From NCBI RefSeq assembly GCF_009914755.1, contig NC_060941.1: a DNA stretch of 64,000 bases, one strand, 5' to 3'. This stretch comes from the human T2T-CHM13v2.0 reference genome, Homo sapiens. The position numbers and the translations under genes are program-made. How positions within the stretch are numbered: the stretch's first letter is position 1; each line of letters opens with the position of its first letter. The notes beneath the pieces are model-generated. The model was not told the origin of the DNA. It worked only from the letters and a program-made list of their open reading frames with translations, and ran no database searches. This document shows, one piece after another, positions 31,022-51,762 of the stretch.

Positions 31022-33438
31022 ATTTAACTGTTATACAGGTAGAGTTAAGGGGTGTTTAGGAGTAGTGACTCCTGAGGGAGTGAGATTTTATATGGGTCTT
31101 GAAAAAAAAATAAAAGTACAAAGGGTATTATATACCTGAGAGCATGAATGATCAATATTGAAGAGGGTGATTACTGATCATATGTGGCTATAGGTTATTT
31201 ATGTGATTTGGGATGGGTATTTGGTAAAATGAAGCTGAAAAGGTACTTTTGGGCCATATCTTTTTTCTTTTCTTTTTTCTTTTTTGAGACTGGATCTCAC
31301 TGTTTTGCCCAGACTGAAGTGCAATGGCACAATCACGGCTCACTGTAGCCTTGCTTGACCTCCCTGGCCCAAGCAGTCCTCCCACCTCAGGTTCCCAAGC
31401 AGCTGAGACCACAGGAGTGCACTACCCACCCCCCCAACTAAGCAGCTGGGAGACTACTGGCGTACACCACCATGGCCAGCTAATTTTTGTAGTGACAGGG
31501 TTTCTCCATGTTGCCTAGGCTGGTCTTGAACTCCCGGGCTAAAGTGATCCTCACACCTCGGCCTCCCAAAGTACTGGCATTACAGGTGTGAGCTACCATG
31601 CTTAGCCATTTTTCTTTTTTTAAAACTGTTTGAGGTATAATTAATGCAGCAAAGTGCATAAATATGAAGTGTAAGCCTGTTGAATTTTTACAGATGTGTA
31701 TGTTCATGTAACCATCACAAAGAACAAGATAGAGAACATTCCTAGTACCTCTTACAGTTCTTTCTTTTTTTAGATACAGGGTCTTGCTCTTTTGCCCAGG
31801 CAGGAGGGTAGTGGTGCCATCATAGCTCACTTCAGTCTTGAACTCCTGGGCTCAAGTGATCTTCCCATCTTAGCCTCCTGAGGAACTAGGACTGACTATA
31901 GGCACATACAGGAATGGGGACTTGCTGTGTTGTGTAGGCTGGTCTTGAACTCCTGGCCTTAAGCCACTCTCCTGCTTTGGCCTCCCAAAGTGCTGGGATT
32001 ACAGGCATGAGACACCATGTCTGACTGTCTTCCTTCTTAAAATTTGTATTTTACTGGTTGTTCTTTCTTACTGCTTTTAACAGTAGGTGTCTCTCAACAC
32101 AATGCTCTTCTCTGTCTCCCTCTCTTCCTGCTGCCTCCCTAACTCCATCCTTTATACCCAATTGCCTGACGGAGATAATCTTTTTTTATTTTTATATTTT
32201 TTTGAGACAGAGTCTCACTCTGTCACCCAGGCTGGAGTGCAGGGGCACAATCATGGCTCACTGCAACCTTGACCTCCCCAAGTTCAGGTGATCCTCCCCC
32301 CTCAGCCTCCCTAGTACCTGGGACTACAGGTGCCCACCATTACACCTGGCTAATTTTTGTATTTTTTGTAGAGATGGGGTTTCGTCATGTTCCCCAGGCT
32401 GGTCTCGAACTCCTGGGCTCAAGCAGTCCGCCTGCCTTGGCCTCCCAAAGTGCTGGGATTACAGGCATGAGCCACAATGCCCAACTGAGGTATCTTACTC
32501 TTTTTGAAGACACGTTGGGGTGAACATATCTAAATTGAACTCATCTTCTTAATCTTTTGCAAAAGTTTCTCCTTATTTACCTACCTATTTCAATGTTAAT
32601 AACATGTTTTGTTTAGTTTTGTTTCTGAGGCAGAGTCTGGCTCTGTCACCCAGGCTGCTGGAGTGCAGTGGCATGCGCTGCAGCCTCGAACTCTTGGGCT
32701 TAAGTGATCCTCTTGCCTCAGCCTCCCAAATAGCTGGAACTGCAGGAGCATGCTGCCATTCATTCCTGACCAATGTTTTGATTTTTTGTAGAGATTTTCT
32801 AGATTCTGTGCCAGGATACAGAAATGAGTCAGACTTGATCCTTCCCTAGCCTTGCCATATTGCCTAGGCTGGTCTCAAACTCCTGAGCTCAAGTGATACT
32901 CCTGCCTCAGCCTCCCAAAGTGGTGGTATTACAGGTGTGTGCCACTGCACCTGGCCATAAGGTTTTTTTTTTTTTTTTTTGAGACACAGGATCTTGCTGT
33001 GTCCCCCAGGGCTGGAGTGCAGTGGCGCAATCTCAGCACACCCCAACGTCTGCCTCCGGGGCTCAAGCTATCCTCTCACCTCAGCCTCCCAAGTAGATGG
33101 GACTACAGGAGTGTGCCACCACACCTGGCTAATTTTTTAGAGATGGGGTTTCGCCGTGTTGCCCAGGCAGGTCTCAAACTCCTGACCTCGAGTGATCCGC
33201 TTGCTTTGGCCTCCCAAACTGTTGAGATTACAGGCATGAGCCACTGCGCCTGGCCCATAACGTTTTTTCAATCAATTTTACCAAGCTTTAATTTATTTGC
33301 AATAATTTCACAAATTTTTAATGTACAGATCAGTGGCTGTAACAATCACTTTAATAATAGAGTAATTTTTACTTCCCCCCAAAATTTCCTAGGCCCCTTT
33401 GCAGTCTCTTTTCAGTCTTATTCCTGTGCAGCCGCTGA

Positions 33439-34238
<800 letters not shown>

Positions 34239-35010
34239 TAATTTTTTGTATTTTTAGTAGAGATGGGGTTTCACCATGTTAGTCAGGATGGTCTCGATTT
34301 CCTGACCTTGTGATCCCCCCGCCTCAGCCTCCCAAAGTGCTGGGATTACAGGCGTGAGCCACCGCACCCAGCCTATGGACGTGTATTTTTATTTCTACTA
34401 ACCCTAAGTCTTCTAAATTAGAAACTTTGGGATTATTTTTGATTTGTTTAATCTCTTTTCTCACCTATATTCACACAATAGGTTATGAAGTCGTGGGATT
34501 TCTTCTTTTGAAATGTGTTTCATTCTTTGTTCTCTTTTCCAAGTATCTGTAACATTCTTGTGAGAGGGTGTATGTGTGTGTGTAGCCTTATTTTAGGAGT
34601 AGGGGATGTAAGGATGATTGTGCAGAGGATATATTTGCTCACTGAGGTTTAAAGTCAGGTGGGGATGCTGACATTGAATTTATAGGATGGGGAAAAGGGC
34701 TATTGCTGTTGGAAGCACTCTATCTGTAAAAGTATCATTTTAGTCCCTGTTTTGTTCTAGTCTTATTATTGTTGCTATTTTTAGTTTGTTTTTGTTCTGT
34801 TATGTATTCACGGATATGTATGTGGTGTAAAGTGGTGAAAAAGTTTATCGTCATGGATGTTCTCATTGCTGTGTGAGCGGGCAAAGCACTTAATCTCTGG
34901 GCCTCAGTTCATTGTCTGTAAAATGGGAATAATAATACTTTCCACATAGTGTTAAAAGGATTAGATGCATTGTTACATGTATAGCTCTTAGTTTTGTTTT
35001 TGTTTTTTGA

Positions 35011-35554
<544 letters not shown>

Positions 35555-35760
35555 TAGTAGAGACGGGGTTTCACCATGTTGGCCAGACTGGTCTTGAACT
35601 CCTGACCTCAGGTGATCCACCCGCCTTGGCCTCCCCAAGTGCTGTGATTACAGGTGTGAGCCACTGCACTCGGCCAGCTAGTACTATTATCTTAATTCTA
35701 CTTTACTTAAAAGGCTGTCTTTTTCTCTCCCATTTCAGTTCCCCTTACATATTGGTATAA

Positions 35761-36369
<609 letters not shown>

Positions 36370-36650
36370 TAATCCACCTGCCTCTGCCACCCAAAGTGCT
36401 GGGATTACAGGCGAGAGCCACTGTGCCTGGCCTACAGAAGTACTTTCTATATCATAATCTGGCAACCATTTGTGTGTATTTTTTTCAGTTGTGATGTACA
36501 AACAATAAAGTGCTTAAGTGAATTTTTTTTTTAACCAATGTATCTACTAAGATTAAGTTATGGAAAGTTTCCAGCATTCTTGAAGGCTCCCTCGTGTCCC
36601 TTCTCCCTTAATAACCAATCCTCCATATCTGTTCTGACTCTTTACCATAA

Positions 36651-37245
<595 letters not shown>

Positions 37246-38580
37246 TAAGTTCTTTTTGGCTCATTTATCAGTGTCCCAGTTTAGTACTTAATGAGATATT
37301 TTCCTTTTTTTGTAAGTACTTAATTGTCTTAGCTTTTACTAGGACTATGGTTATTTTGTGTCCCTCCCATTTAATGCCTAGCATAGGACATACAGTACTA
37401 ATTGTTGAATAGAATCTAATTGAATTTTTAAAGTTTAAGTTCTTTAAGTGTTGGATAGCAGCTAGCAGTTATAATAGAGAATTTGGCAGTGAACTAGGGC
37501 AACTATTTATACAACGAAAGTAAAAAGCACAGCATAGCTTCATGAACCCATATAAATGTTGATGCTATTCCACTGTATTAGACCGTAGTAGAATCAGAAA
37601 TGCTGAACCCATGGGAATTGCTTGTGTGAGTCTTGCACGGGAATTGCACAGTAGGTCTTTGAACTTTCTGAGGTTGTGTACAAATTTGGTATGAATATGC
37701 ACATGTGCATTTTTCTAGGGTAAGAATTCATATCTTAATTGGGTCTTCAAAAGTATCTGTGGCTAAAAACATTAAGATCCTGTGGTCTAGCAAAAAATGT
37801 CATTTTACGGATGAGACAACTGAGACTCAGAATTAAGACACAAGAGGAATGGCTTACTCATAGTCATTGTTATACATAGTGGTGATCCTGAGTCAACAGG
37901 AAATATTAATTAGGTTCAATGTGGTCTGCCTTATAAAAAGGGAAATAAGACTCCATGGAAGTGTCTAAATACAGTTAGGAAATATTTCCATCCCAAATAG
38001 CTAAACTTAAAAGAATTGAGGTGAAATGCACATAACATAAAATTAATCATTTTAGGCCGGGTATGGTGGCTCATGCCTGTAAGCCCAGCACTTTGGGAGG
38101 CTGAGACCGGTGGATTGTTTGAGCTCAGGAGTTCAGACCAGCTTGGGCAACATGACAAAATCCTGTCTCTACAAAAAGTACAAAAATTAGCTGGGCATGG
38201 TGGCATGTGTCTGTAGTCCCAGCTGCTTGGGAAGCAGAGGTGGGAGGATCACTTGAGTCCAGGAGGCGGAGGTTGTAGTGAGTGGAGATCACGCCACTGC
38301 ACTCCAGCCTGGGTGACAGAGTGAGACCCTGTCTCAAAAAACAAAAACAACAACAAAAATAACCATTTTAAAGTAAACAGTTCAGTGGCATTTAGTACAT
38401 TCACAGTGTTGTATAGCTACTGTATGTATGTTCCAAAGCATTTTCCTTAACCCTCAAGCAAACCCTGCACCCATTTATTATAGCAGTTGCTCGCTATTTT
38501 CCTCTCTTCCGTCTCTGATAATCACCAGTCTTTGTTCTGTGTCTATGGATTTGGATTTGCCTATTCTGGATACTTCATAA

Positions 38581-38859
<279 letters not shown>

Positions 38860-39116
38860 TGATCCGCCTGCCTCAGCCTCCCAAAGTGCTGGGATTACAG
38901 GCGTGAGCCACCACGCCCAGCCTGTTTCTAGCTTCTTTTACTTAGCATAGTGTTTTTGGAGCTTCATCCATGGTGGAGCATGTATCAGTACTTCACATTA
39001 TTATTTGATACGGAGTCTTGCTCGGTCGCCTAGGCTGGAGTGCAAGTGGCATGATCCCAGCTCACTGCAACCTCCACCTCCTGGGTTCAAATGATTCTCC
39101 TGCCTCAGCCTCCTGA

Positions 39117-39623
<507 letters not shown>

Positions 39624-39779
39624 TAATATTCCATTATATTTATGTACCAGAGTTTGTTTTCCCATTGATTTGTCGATGGACATGTGAGCCATTTTATACC
39701 TTTTTTTTGCTCGGGGGTGGAGGAACGGAATTTCGCTCTGTCGCCCAGGTTGGAGTGCAGTGGCGCAATCTTGACCTAG

Positions 39780-39935
<156 letters not shown>

Positions 39936-40783
39936 TGAGCTCAAGCGATCCACCTGCCTCAGGCTCCAGAGTGCTGGGATTACAGGCGGTGAGCCACCGC
40001 GCCCAGCTGTTTTATACTTTTTGGCTACTATGAATGGTGCTAATGTGAACATATTTGTACATTAATATGTACTGTTTTCAGTTCTTTTGGATGTATACCT
40101 AGAAGTGAAATTGTTGGGTCACATGATAATTATGTGTTTAACTTTTTAAGGAAACGGCCACCTATTTTCCATAGTTGCTGAACCATTTTACATTACCACC
40201 AAAAATATATGAAGGTTCCAGTTTCTCCACATCCTCTCCAACAATTATTTCCCATTAAAAAAATTTTATAGCCATCCTTGAGTGTGAAATGGTACTTCTT
40301 TGTAGTTTTGATTTGCATTTCCCTGGTGACTAATGATGTTGAGCATCTTTTCGTGCACTCAGCCATTTGTTTATCTTCTATGGAAAAATATAAAATAAAC
40401 TTCTAATTCTCAAAGAGGTCTGCTTCAGTTAGCAAGAAAAGTCTTTGAAGATGTAAAGTATTTGGTGTTTCTGTATAATTAAGTGCCAAACTGGTACAAA
40501 TATAAAATACTGTGGTAATTAAAAAGAGAAGATATGGTGAAACTGGTTTAAATTTTGAAAGCAAGTGTTTAAGAACCCGTCTACCATTATGTACAGTTAT
40601 AAACTGTAATGCAGATAAATTGATTGGAGGTTTTTCTTGCTTCAAATATTCGCATATTGCCCTTTGACTTGGCATTGAAAGATGTCTATTCAATTTTCTG
40701 CATTAAAAAAGAACAGTTTTGCTGGGGCGTGGTGCCTCATGCCTGTAATCCTAGCACTTGGGGAGGCTGAGGCAGGCGGATCA

Positions 40784-41044
<261 letters not shown>

Positions 41045-42177
41045 TTATTTATTTTTATTTTTATTGGATAGATTTAGAAGTCTGATACTTTTTTTGCTCT
41101 TCTTCATTTCAACGCATAGAGAGAAATAGTCACCTGGAAGATTCACAGTACCCATTAGATTTAATGGGAAAAAAAGCTAGTCTTAAGACTTCTCAAAGAG
41201 AAGTCTTAGAGAAATTAATTGGATCATCGGAAAAGGGGCAGTTATACATTGGAAATGTATACAACAAATTAAATATTACATTATTTAATTAAATATTACA
41301 TTAATTAAATAATACAACAAATTAAATAGAACACATTGAGTGGCTTCTTTCCTTATTGCAAGCCGAAACTATGTATTTGCCATCTTTTAGGCTTGTTTAA
41401 TTTTAAAACTTTGCTGAGTAAAATATTTTTAAGTAAAACTTGAGATTTTAGTTTTCCTCCTTGGAATTGTATTCAGTGTCATGTTTGATACTACCGTAGA
41501 GAGGCAAAATTTGAACTCATTAATTTTCTAAAAGGGGTAATCATCTTCAGGGCAGGGTTATCTTTTATTCTTTTATATCTTTTAGTTTATTTAGTCAATA
41601 TTTGTTAAATGCAATTACAATCAAGTTTTTATCATATTTTCCCATCCCGCTTCATTATTTCTCAACCCAGCATCAAGGACAGTGCCAGGGATATGGTAAA
41701 GGTCTGGTAAATATTGAATGAATTATCCTTATTTTAGTTTACCAGTTTTTTTTTTTTGTTGTTGTTGTTTTGAGATGGAGTCTCACTCTGTCGTCCAGGC
41801 GGGAGTGCAGTGGCACTTTCTCGGCTCACTGCAACCTCCATCTCCTGGGTTCAAGCAATTCTGCCTGCCTCAGCCTCCTGAGTAGCTGGGATTACAGGCG
41901 TCTGCTACCATGCCTGGCTAATTTATGTATTTTTTATTAGTAAGGGGTTTTGCCATGTTGGCCAGCCTGGTCTTAAACTGCTGATCTCAGGTGATCCACC
42001 TGCCTCAGCCTCCCTAAGTGCTGGGATTACAGGCGTGAGCCACCGCGCCCAGCCCCTTCCCTCCATTTTTAAGTTGGGTTGTTTGTTTTCTTATTGTTTA
42101 GTTTTTAATTCCTTATGTATTCAGGATAAGCCCTTATTAGATGTAGGTTTTGCAGATACGTTTTTTTCGTTCATGGC

Positions 42178-42534
42178 TTTTTGTTTCTTTCCACAAAAGT
42201 TTATTCTTAAATGTACAACAGGCTCCATTACAACACTTCAGTCCAGCTATAGTTGGCAAAAGATGTTATAGTAGGGAATGAAATCAAGGGTCACCATTGC
42301 CTCAGGCCCATGGAACAGCTTACTTTTTGCCAGATTTCTTAATTCCACCTGTGGCCAGGGGCCCCTTCCCTATAGTTTCTTCTGGTCCTCTTTTTGTGTC
42401 TACTTGAAAGCCTTGCCTTCCTTGTATATCTCCTTGGCCTGCTTTCTGGGCTGTTTCAGGGGTTTCTTCTTGCCATCTTTGTGGCTGGACATGGCACCTG
42501 CCGCCCTTTCCCCAGACCCTGCCACTGGAAACCC
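42178..42534 (-). pseudogene. TMA7 (CCDC72) processed pseudogene; degenerate CDS 42492->42320
   Basis: Minus strand translates [39 protein letters not shown]...[16 protein letters not shown], versus TMA7 [64 protein letters not shown]. No introns; 5'UTR and 3'UTR present; AATAAA at 42200-42205 (tttatt on +); degenerate poly(A). Confidence 0.93.
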
Positions 42535-43002
42535 AGTTACGGCTTTTAAAATTTTTTCTTAATGGTATCTTTCACAGAGCAGAAGTTTTTAATTTTGATA
42601 AACTCTAGTTCTTTGATTCTCTCTCTTCTCTCTCTTTCTTTTTCTTTCACAGCGTCTTACTCTGTCACCAAGGCTGCAGTAGAGTGGCGTGATCATAGCT
42701 CACTGCAGCCTCGACTTCCCAGGCTCCAGTGATCCTTCTACTTCAGCATCCCAAGTAGCTGGGATCACAGGCGCACACCACCACACCCAGCTAATTTTTG
42801 TATTTTTAGTAGAGACGGGGTTTCGCCATGTTGCCCAGGCTGGTCTGAACTCCTGAGCTGAAGCAATCCATCTGCCTCAGGCTCCCAAAGTGCTGGGATT
42901 ACAGGCATGAGCCACTGTGCCCAGCTTCTTCGTTTTGTTTTGAGACAGGATCTTGCTCTGTTGCCGAAGCTAAAGTGCAGTGGTGTGATTATAGCTCACT
43001 GA

Positions 43003-43591
<589 letters not shown>

Positions 43592-43923
43592 TAGTAAGTT
43601 TTAGCATCAATTAGAGTTCTTCACGTTTATTCTTTTATTCAAGTTGTTTTGGCTATTCTGGGTGCTTTGCTTTTTTTTTTTTTTTTATGTATGTTTTAGA
43701 ATCAGTTTGTCAGTTTCTTCAAAAAAGGCTGCTGGTTTTTTGGGATTTTGTTGAATCTTTGGATCATTAGTGGGACCATTGATATCCTGACAATACTGAG
43801 TCTCCCAGTCTATGAATTTAGTACATTTCTTCATTTATTCGGGTCTTTTTCTTACTTTTCTCATCAGTGTTTTGTAATTTTCAGCATACAAATCGTGCAC
43901 ACATTTGTTAGATTTATCTCTAA

Positions 43924-44247
<324 letters not shown>

Positions 44248-44257
44248 TGAGATGTAA

Positions 44258-44359
<102 letters not shown>

Positions 44360-44596
44360 TAGCTGGGACCACAGGCACACACCACCACGCCTGGCTAATT
44401 TGTTTTGATTTTTAGTAGAGATGAGGTCTTGCTGTGTTACCCAGGATGGTTTTGAACTCCTGAGCTCAAGCGATCCTCCCACTTCAGCCTCCCAAAGTGC
44501 TGGAAGTATAGGCATGTGCCACTGAGCTCAGCCATGATTTTTAATTTTATTGAAAATGTTATCTCCCCCCTCCACCAAATTTCAGTTTCATTATGA

Positions 44597-44949
<353 letters not shown>

Positions 44950-45344
44950 TAATTTTTTATTTTTTTAGAGATGGTTTCTGCATGTTGCCCAGGCTGGCCA
45001 CAGACTCAAGCAATTCACCCGCCTCGGCCTCCCAAAGTGCTGGGATTACAAGAATGAGCCACAGTGCCGACCATAATTGATTTTTTTGATATTGACTTTG
45101 TATTCTGCAACCTTGATAAATTCACTTATTTCTGGTAGCTATTTTGTGGACTGGGATTTTCTGTGTACACAATTATGTTTATTAGTACAGTTTTATTTCT
45201 TCCTTGCCAGTCTGAATGCCTTTTTTTTTCTTCTTGCCTTGTTGCACTGGCTAGCTCCTAAAGTACAGTGTGAGGGTGGATATCCTTGTCTTATTCCCTA
45301 TCTTATGAGGAAAATACTTAATCTGTTTTTTTTTTTTTTTTTGA

Positions 45345-45503
<159 letters not shown>

Positions 45504-45634
45504 TAGTAGAGACAGGGTTTCTCCATGTTGGCCAGGCTGGTCCTGAACTCCTGACCTCATGATCCGCCTGCCTGTAATCCCAAAGTGCTAGGATTACAGG
45601 TGTGAGCCACCGCGCCCAGCCGGAAAATACTTAA

Positions 45635-45949
<315 letters not shown>

Positions 45950-46267
45950 TGAGCCACCGCATCCAGCCGGTTATACATTTTTAGACTAATAAAGTGAATT
46001 ATATGGATTGATTTTTACTCCTGAGAGGAATCCCACTTGATGATGTTATATTCTTTTTATAAACTGCCAGCATCTATTTGTAAATGTTTTGTTGCAATTT
46101 TTACATTATATCTGTTTGAGATACTGGTTTATAGTTTTCTTGTTGATATCTGGTTTTGGTATCATGGTAATGTTGACCTCATAAGTTGATAAATGTTTAT
46201 ATGCTGGAAGAGTTTATGTAGAACTGGTATTATTTTTTCTTAGATATTTGATAGAATTTCCCTGTGA

Positions 46268-46579
<312 letters not shown>

Positions 46580-46626
46580 TGATCCTCGCCACTCGGCTTC
46601 CTATAGTGCTAGGATTACAGGTGTGA

Positions 46627-46842
<216 letters not shown>

Positions 46843-48504
46843 TAGCCAGGATGGTCTCAATCTCCTGACCTCGTGATCCACCTGCCTCGGCCTCCCAAAG
46901 TGCTGGGATTACAGGCATGAGCCACCACGCCCGGCCTATCCTTTTTTTTAATTTATTTTTTGAGATGGAGTCTCGCTCTGTCGCCCAGGCTGGAGTGCAG
47001 TGGCGCAGTCTCGGCTCGCTGCCATCCCCAACTCCTGGGTTTAAGCGATTCTCCTGCCTCAGCCTCCTGAGTAGCTGGAACTACAGGCACGAGCCACCAC
47101 ACCCAGCTAATTTTTTTTTTTTTTTGTATTTTTAGTAGAGACTGCGTTTCATCATGTTGGCCAGGCTGGTCTCAAACTCCTGACCATCCTCAGGTGATCC
47201 GCCCGCCTCAGCCTCCCAAAGTGCTGGCATTACAGGCGTGAGCCACTGCTCCCGGCCCCTCTATTTTTGAATGAACTTCGATAGTTTATGTTTTTTCAGA
47301 GACTCTCCATTTCATGGGAGTTATCAGATTAACTGGTAAAATTACTTATAATAATCCCATATTTTTATTTTAATGTTGATAGCGTCTGTAGTGGTATCAC
47401 CTCTTTAATTCCTGATACTGGTAATTTGTTTCTTCTTTCTCTTTGGCATTAGTTTGTCTACAGAGTTACCTAGCTAGCTTTGAGGATGGGCGTGCTACTG
47501 CACGCCTATAATCCCAGCACTTTGGGAAGCAGAGGTGGGTGAATCACGAGGTCAGGAGTTCGAGACCAGCTTGACCAACATAGTGAAACCCCCGTCTCTA
47601 CTAAACATGCAAAAATTAACCGGGCGTGGTGGCAGGTGCCTGTAATCCTAGCTACTCAGGAGGCTGAGGCATGAGAATCACTTCAATCTGGGAGGCAAAG
47701 GTTGCAGTGAGTTGAGATCGCCTCATTGCACTCTAGCCTGGGTGACAGAGCAAGACACCGTTTCAACGACAACAACAAAAATCTAGCTGTTGGTGTCATT
47801 GACTTTTCTTTATTGGTTTCTTTTTTTTCCCCCATTTTTTTTTTTTTTACTTTGGCTCATTATTTCCTTTTGCTGTGTTGTATTTAATTTGCTCTTCCTT
47901 TTTTTTTTTTTTAAGTTTCTTAATCTGGATGCTTATATTTTGGTACTAAATCTTTCTTCTTTTCTTTTTTTTTTTTTGAGACAGAGTCTCCCTCTGTCTC
48001 CCAGGCTGGAGTGCAGTGGCGCGATCTTGGCTCACTGCAAGCTCCACCTCCTGGGTTCACGCCATTCTGCTCAGCCTCCTGAGTAGCTGGGACTACAGGT
48101 GCCCGCCACCACGCCCGGCTAATTTTTTTCTATTTTTTAGTAGAGACGGGGTTTCACCGTGTTAGCCAGGATGGTCTCGATCTCCTGACCTCATGATCCA
48201 CCTGCCTCGGCCTCCCAAAGTGCTGGGATTACAGGCGTGAGCCACTGCGCCCAGCCTCTTCTAATATAAGGATTTAATGTTATAAGATTTTCCTGTGTCC
48301 CTGTATTTCAATTCAGAATATTTTCCAATTTCACTTTTATATTTCTCTATGACAAACCATGTGTATTTAGAAGTGTGTTGTTTAATTTTTAAATATTTAG
48401 GAATTTTCTTGATATTTTTCTGATTTTTGATTTCTGATTTAATTCTGTGTGGTCGGAAAACATACTGTCTGAATTTAATTCTTTATTTATTAAAACTTGT
48501 TTCA

Positions 48505-48913
<409 letters not shown>

Positions 48914-49012
48914 TTAGGTCAAGTTAGCACTTTGGGAGGCCGAGACGGGCAGATCACAAGGGCAGGAGATCGAGACCATCCTGGCTAACACGGTGAAACC
49001 TCGTCTTTACTA

Positions 49013-49309
<297 letters not shown>

Positions 49310-49505
49310 CTACATATCTTTCTTTGGAAGTTGTGCTTATCAGAAAAAAGGAGGTCAATAGTAGGAGATGCCTATTTTTGTGTCATGTATTAGATTACTT
49401 GTCAGAAGTTTTCTTTGTTGACTGCTGACCTTTAGTTTCTCTTTTTGCTGTTTAGAAAATAGTTTGAAGTTTTGTACAACTTAACATAAGTTTAAAATTT
49501 TTTTT

Positions 49506-49606
49506 AATGGAATGTTTCATGAATTTGTATGTCATCCTTGCTCAGCAGCCAGGCTAATCTCTGTATTGTTCCAGGTTTTTAGTATATGTGCTGCTGAAGT
49601 GAGCAC
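49506..49606 (-). pseudogene. U6 snRNA retropseudogene, near full length, with short A tail
   Basis: Reverse complement GTGCTCACTTCAGCAGCACATATACTAAAAACCTGGAACAATACAGAGATTAGCCTGGCTGCTGAGCAAGGATGACATACAAATTCATGAAACATTCCATT matches U6; the adjacent T run (~49498-49505) is the A tail. Confidence 0.93.
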
Positions 49607-49833
49607 ATGTAAGTTTCTTTTGGAATATTTTAACAATTTTGGGGGGATTGTCATTTTTCATTATAGATTATATACAAAATGTATTACTCTACCTGTGCTA
49701 AAGATTAATGTGCTATTGAGATATACTACTTTGTCTCCATTATAACAACCAGATAGTTAGAAGTAAAATTATTTAAAAGTTAGACCATTAAATTTATTAG
49801 TAAATACTTATTGGTTTTGGTTTTTTGAGGTAG

Positions 49834-50007
<174 letters not shown>

Positions 50008-50578
50008 TAACATGTTGGCCAGGCTGGTCTCAAACTCCTGACTTCAAATGATTCTCCTGCCTTGGCCTCCCAAAGTGCTGGGATTGCAGGTGGGAGCCAC
50101 TGTGTCCGGCCCATTTTTGTTCACTTTAAAACTTATACCAGGCTTGGTGGCTCCTGCCTGTAATCCCAGCATTTTGGGAGGCCGAGCCGGGTGGACAGCT
50201 TGAGTTCACGAGTTTGAGACCAGCCTGGGCAGCATGGCGATACCCCATCTGTACAAAAAATATAAAAATTAGCTGAGTAAGGTGGTGTGTGCCTGTAGTC
50301 CCAGCTACTCGGGAGGCTGAGGTAGGAGGATGGCTTGAGCCTGGGAGAGCTGAGATTACACCACTGCATTCCAGCCTGGGTGGTAGAGCCAGATCTTGTC
50401 AAAAATGAAAAACAAACAAACAAACAAAAAAACCAAACTTTTTACTTTAGTAAGGGAGATATTGAAAGATGATAAATTATGTTTGAAAATATCATTCTTG
50501 TAATCTAAGATCAAGTGAAATTAGATTCTGTTAAAATTGATAGGTAATTTAAATATTGTAAAATTTCTCTTATTTTAA

Positions 50579-50824
<246 letters not shown>

Positions 50825-51654
50825 TAGCCAGGATGGTCTCGATCTCCTGACCTCGTGATCCACCTGCCTCAGCCTCCCAAAGTGCTGGGATTACAGGCGT
50901 GAGCCACCGCACCCGGCCAAGAATGAATCAGTTTGATTCATGGTTACATTGATTTGGCACCTACTATGTTTAGGTGCTATGTAGTAGGTGAAAACGTAAT
51001 GGTGAAAAAATGTGACCTGTGTCTGCAGAGAGCGTATTGTTCCAGGGTAGGAAATCAATGGAGAAAATAAATAATTATAAGCTAGTATGATAAGTGCAAT
51101 ATCAGAGATATTTTTATATTACAGAAACACAGAAGAGGGTTCTGAATCCAAATTAGAGATTAGGGAAGACAGTAAGTATAGTAGTCTGGGAGGACATCTA
51201 GGAGATAGTTGCTGAGCCAAAGGTAGAAAAAAAGACATTCTGAGATGCAGTAAAAGGCTAGAGGAAAGAGAATATGGGAAGTATGTGTGGCTCTAAGCCA
51301 GGGGCATCTGTCAAAGGGGCGAGTGAGGACTGAAATTCGGTCTGTGCTCTGCTATCCATTATCCATGTCTTGTGCTTATGGAGTTGCATATCCTTAAAAG
51401 GAGTCCCTTTTTCAAATTTCTTCAAAGGTTCAGTAGCTTAAGAGGCCCTCATTTGTGGGACCAGCTGTTGGTACATTGTATGATTTGTTATGGATTTTGA
51501 ATTTGATTTTCTATGCCTGTTATTCTCTAACTTAGATCTGAGCAACTTCAGGGTGTTTTGGAGTGGCATCCTGGTGAGATTAAGGAAACGCCTAAATAAC
51601 TTCTTATATTTTCCTTGAATATTTTATAGTAGAGCAAAATAGATTATATGCTAG

Positions 51655-51762
51655 AGCTAAGCTGTCCAATATGGTGACCCCTAGCTACCATAAATTTAAG
51701 TTAAACTTAATAAAAATTAAATAAAATTCAGTTTCTTAGTTGCACCAACTACATTTCAAGTG
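51655..51762. mobile_element. MER3/MER33-type hAT fragment
   Basis: GCTGTCCAATATGGTGACCCCTAGCTAC...AAAATTCAGTTTCTTAGTTGCACCAACTACATTTCAAGTG. Confidence 0.6.
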
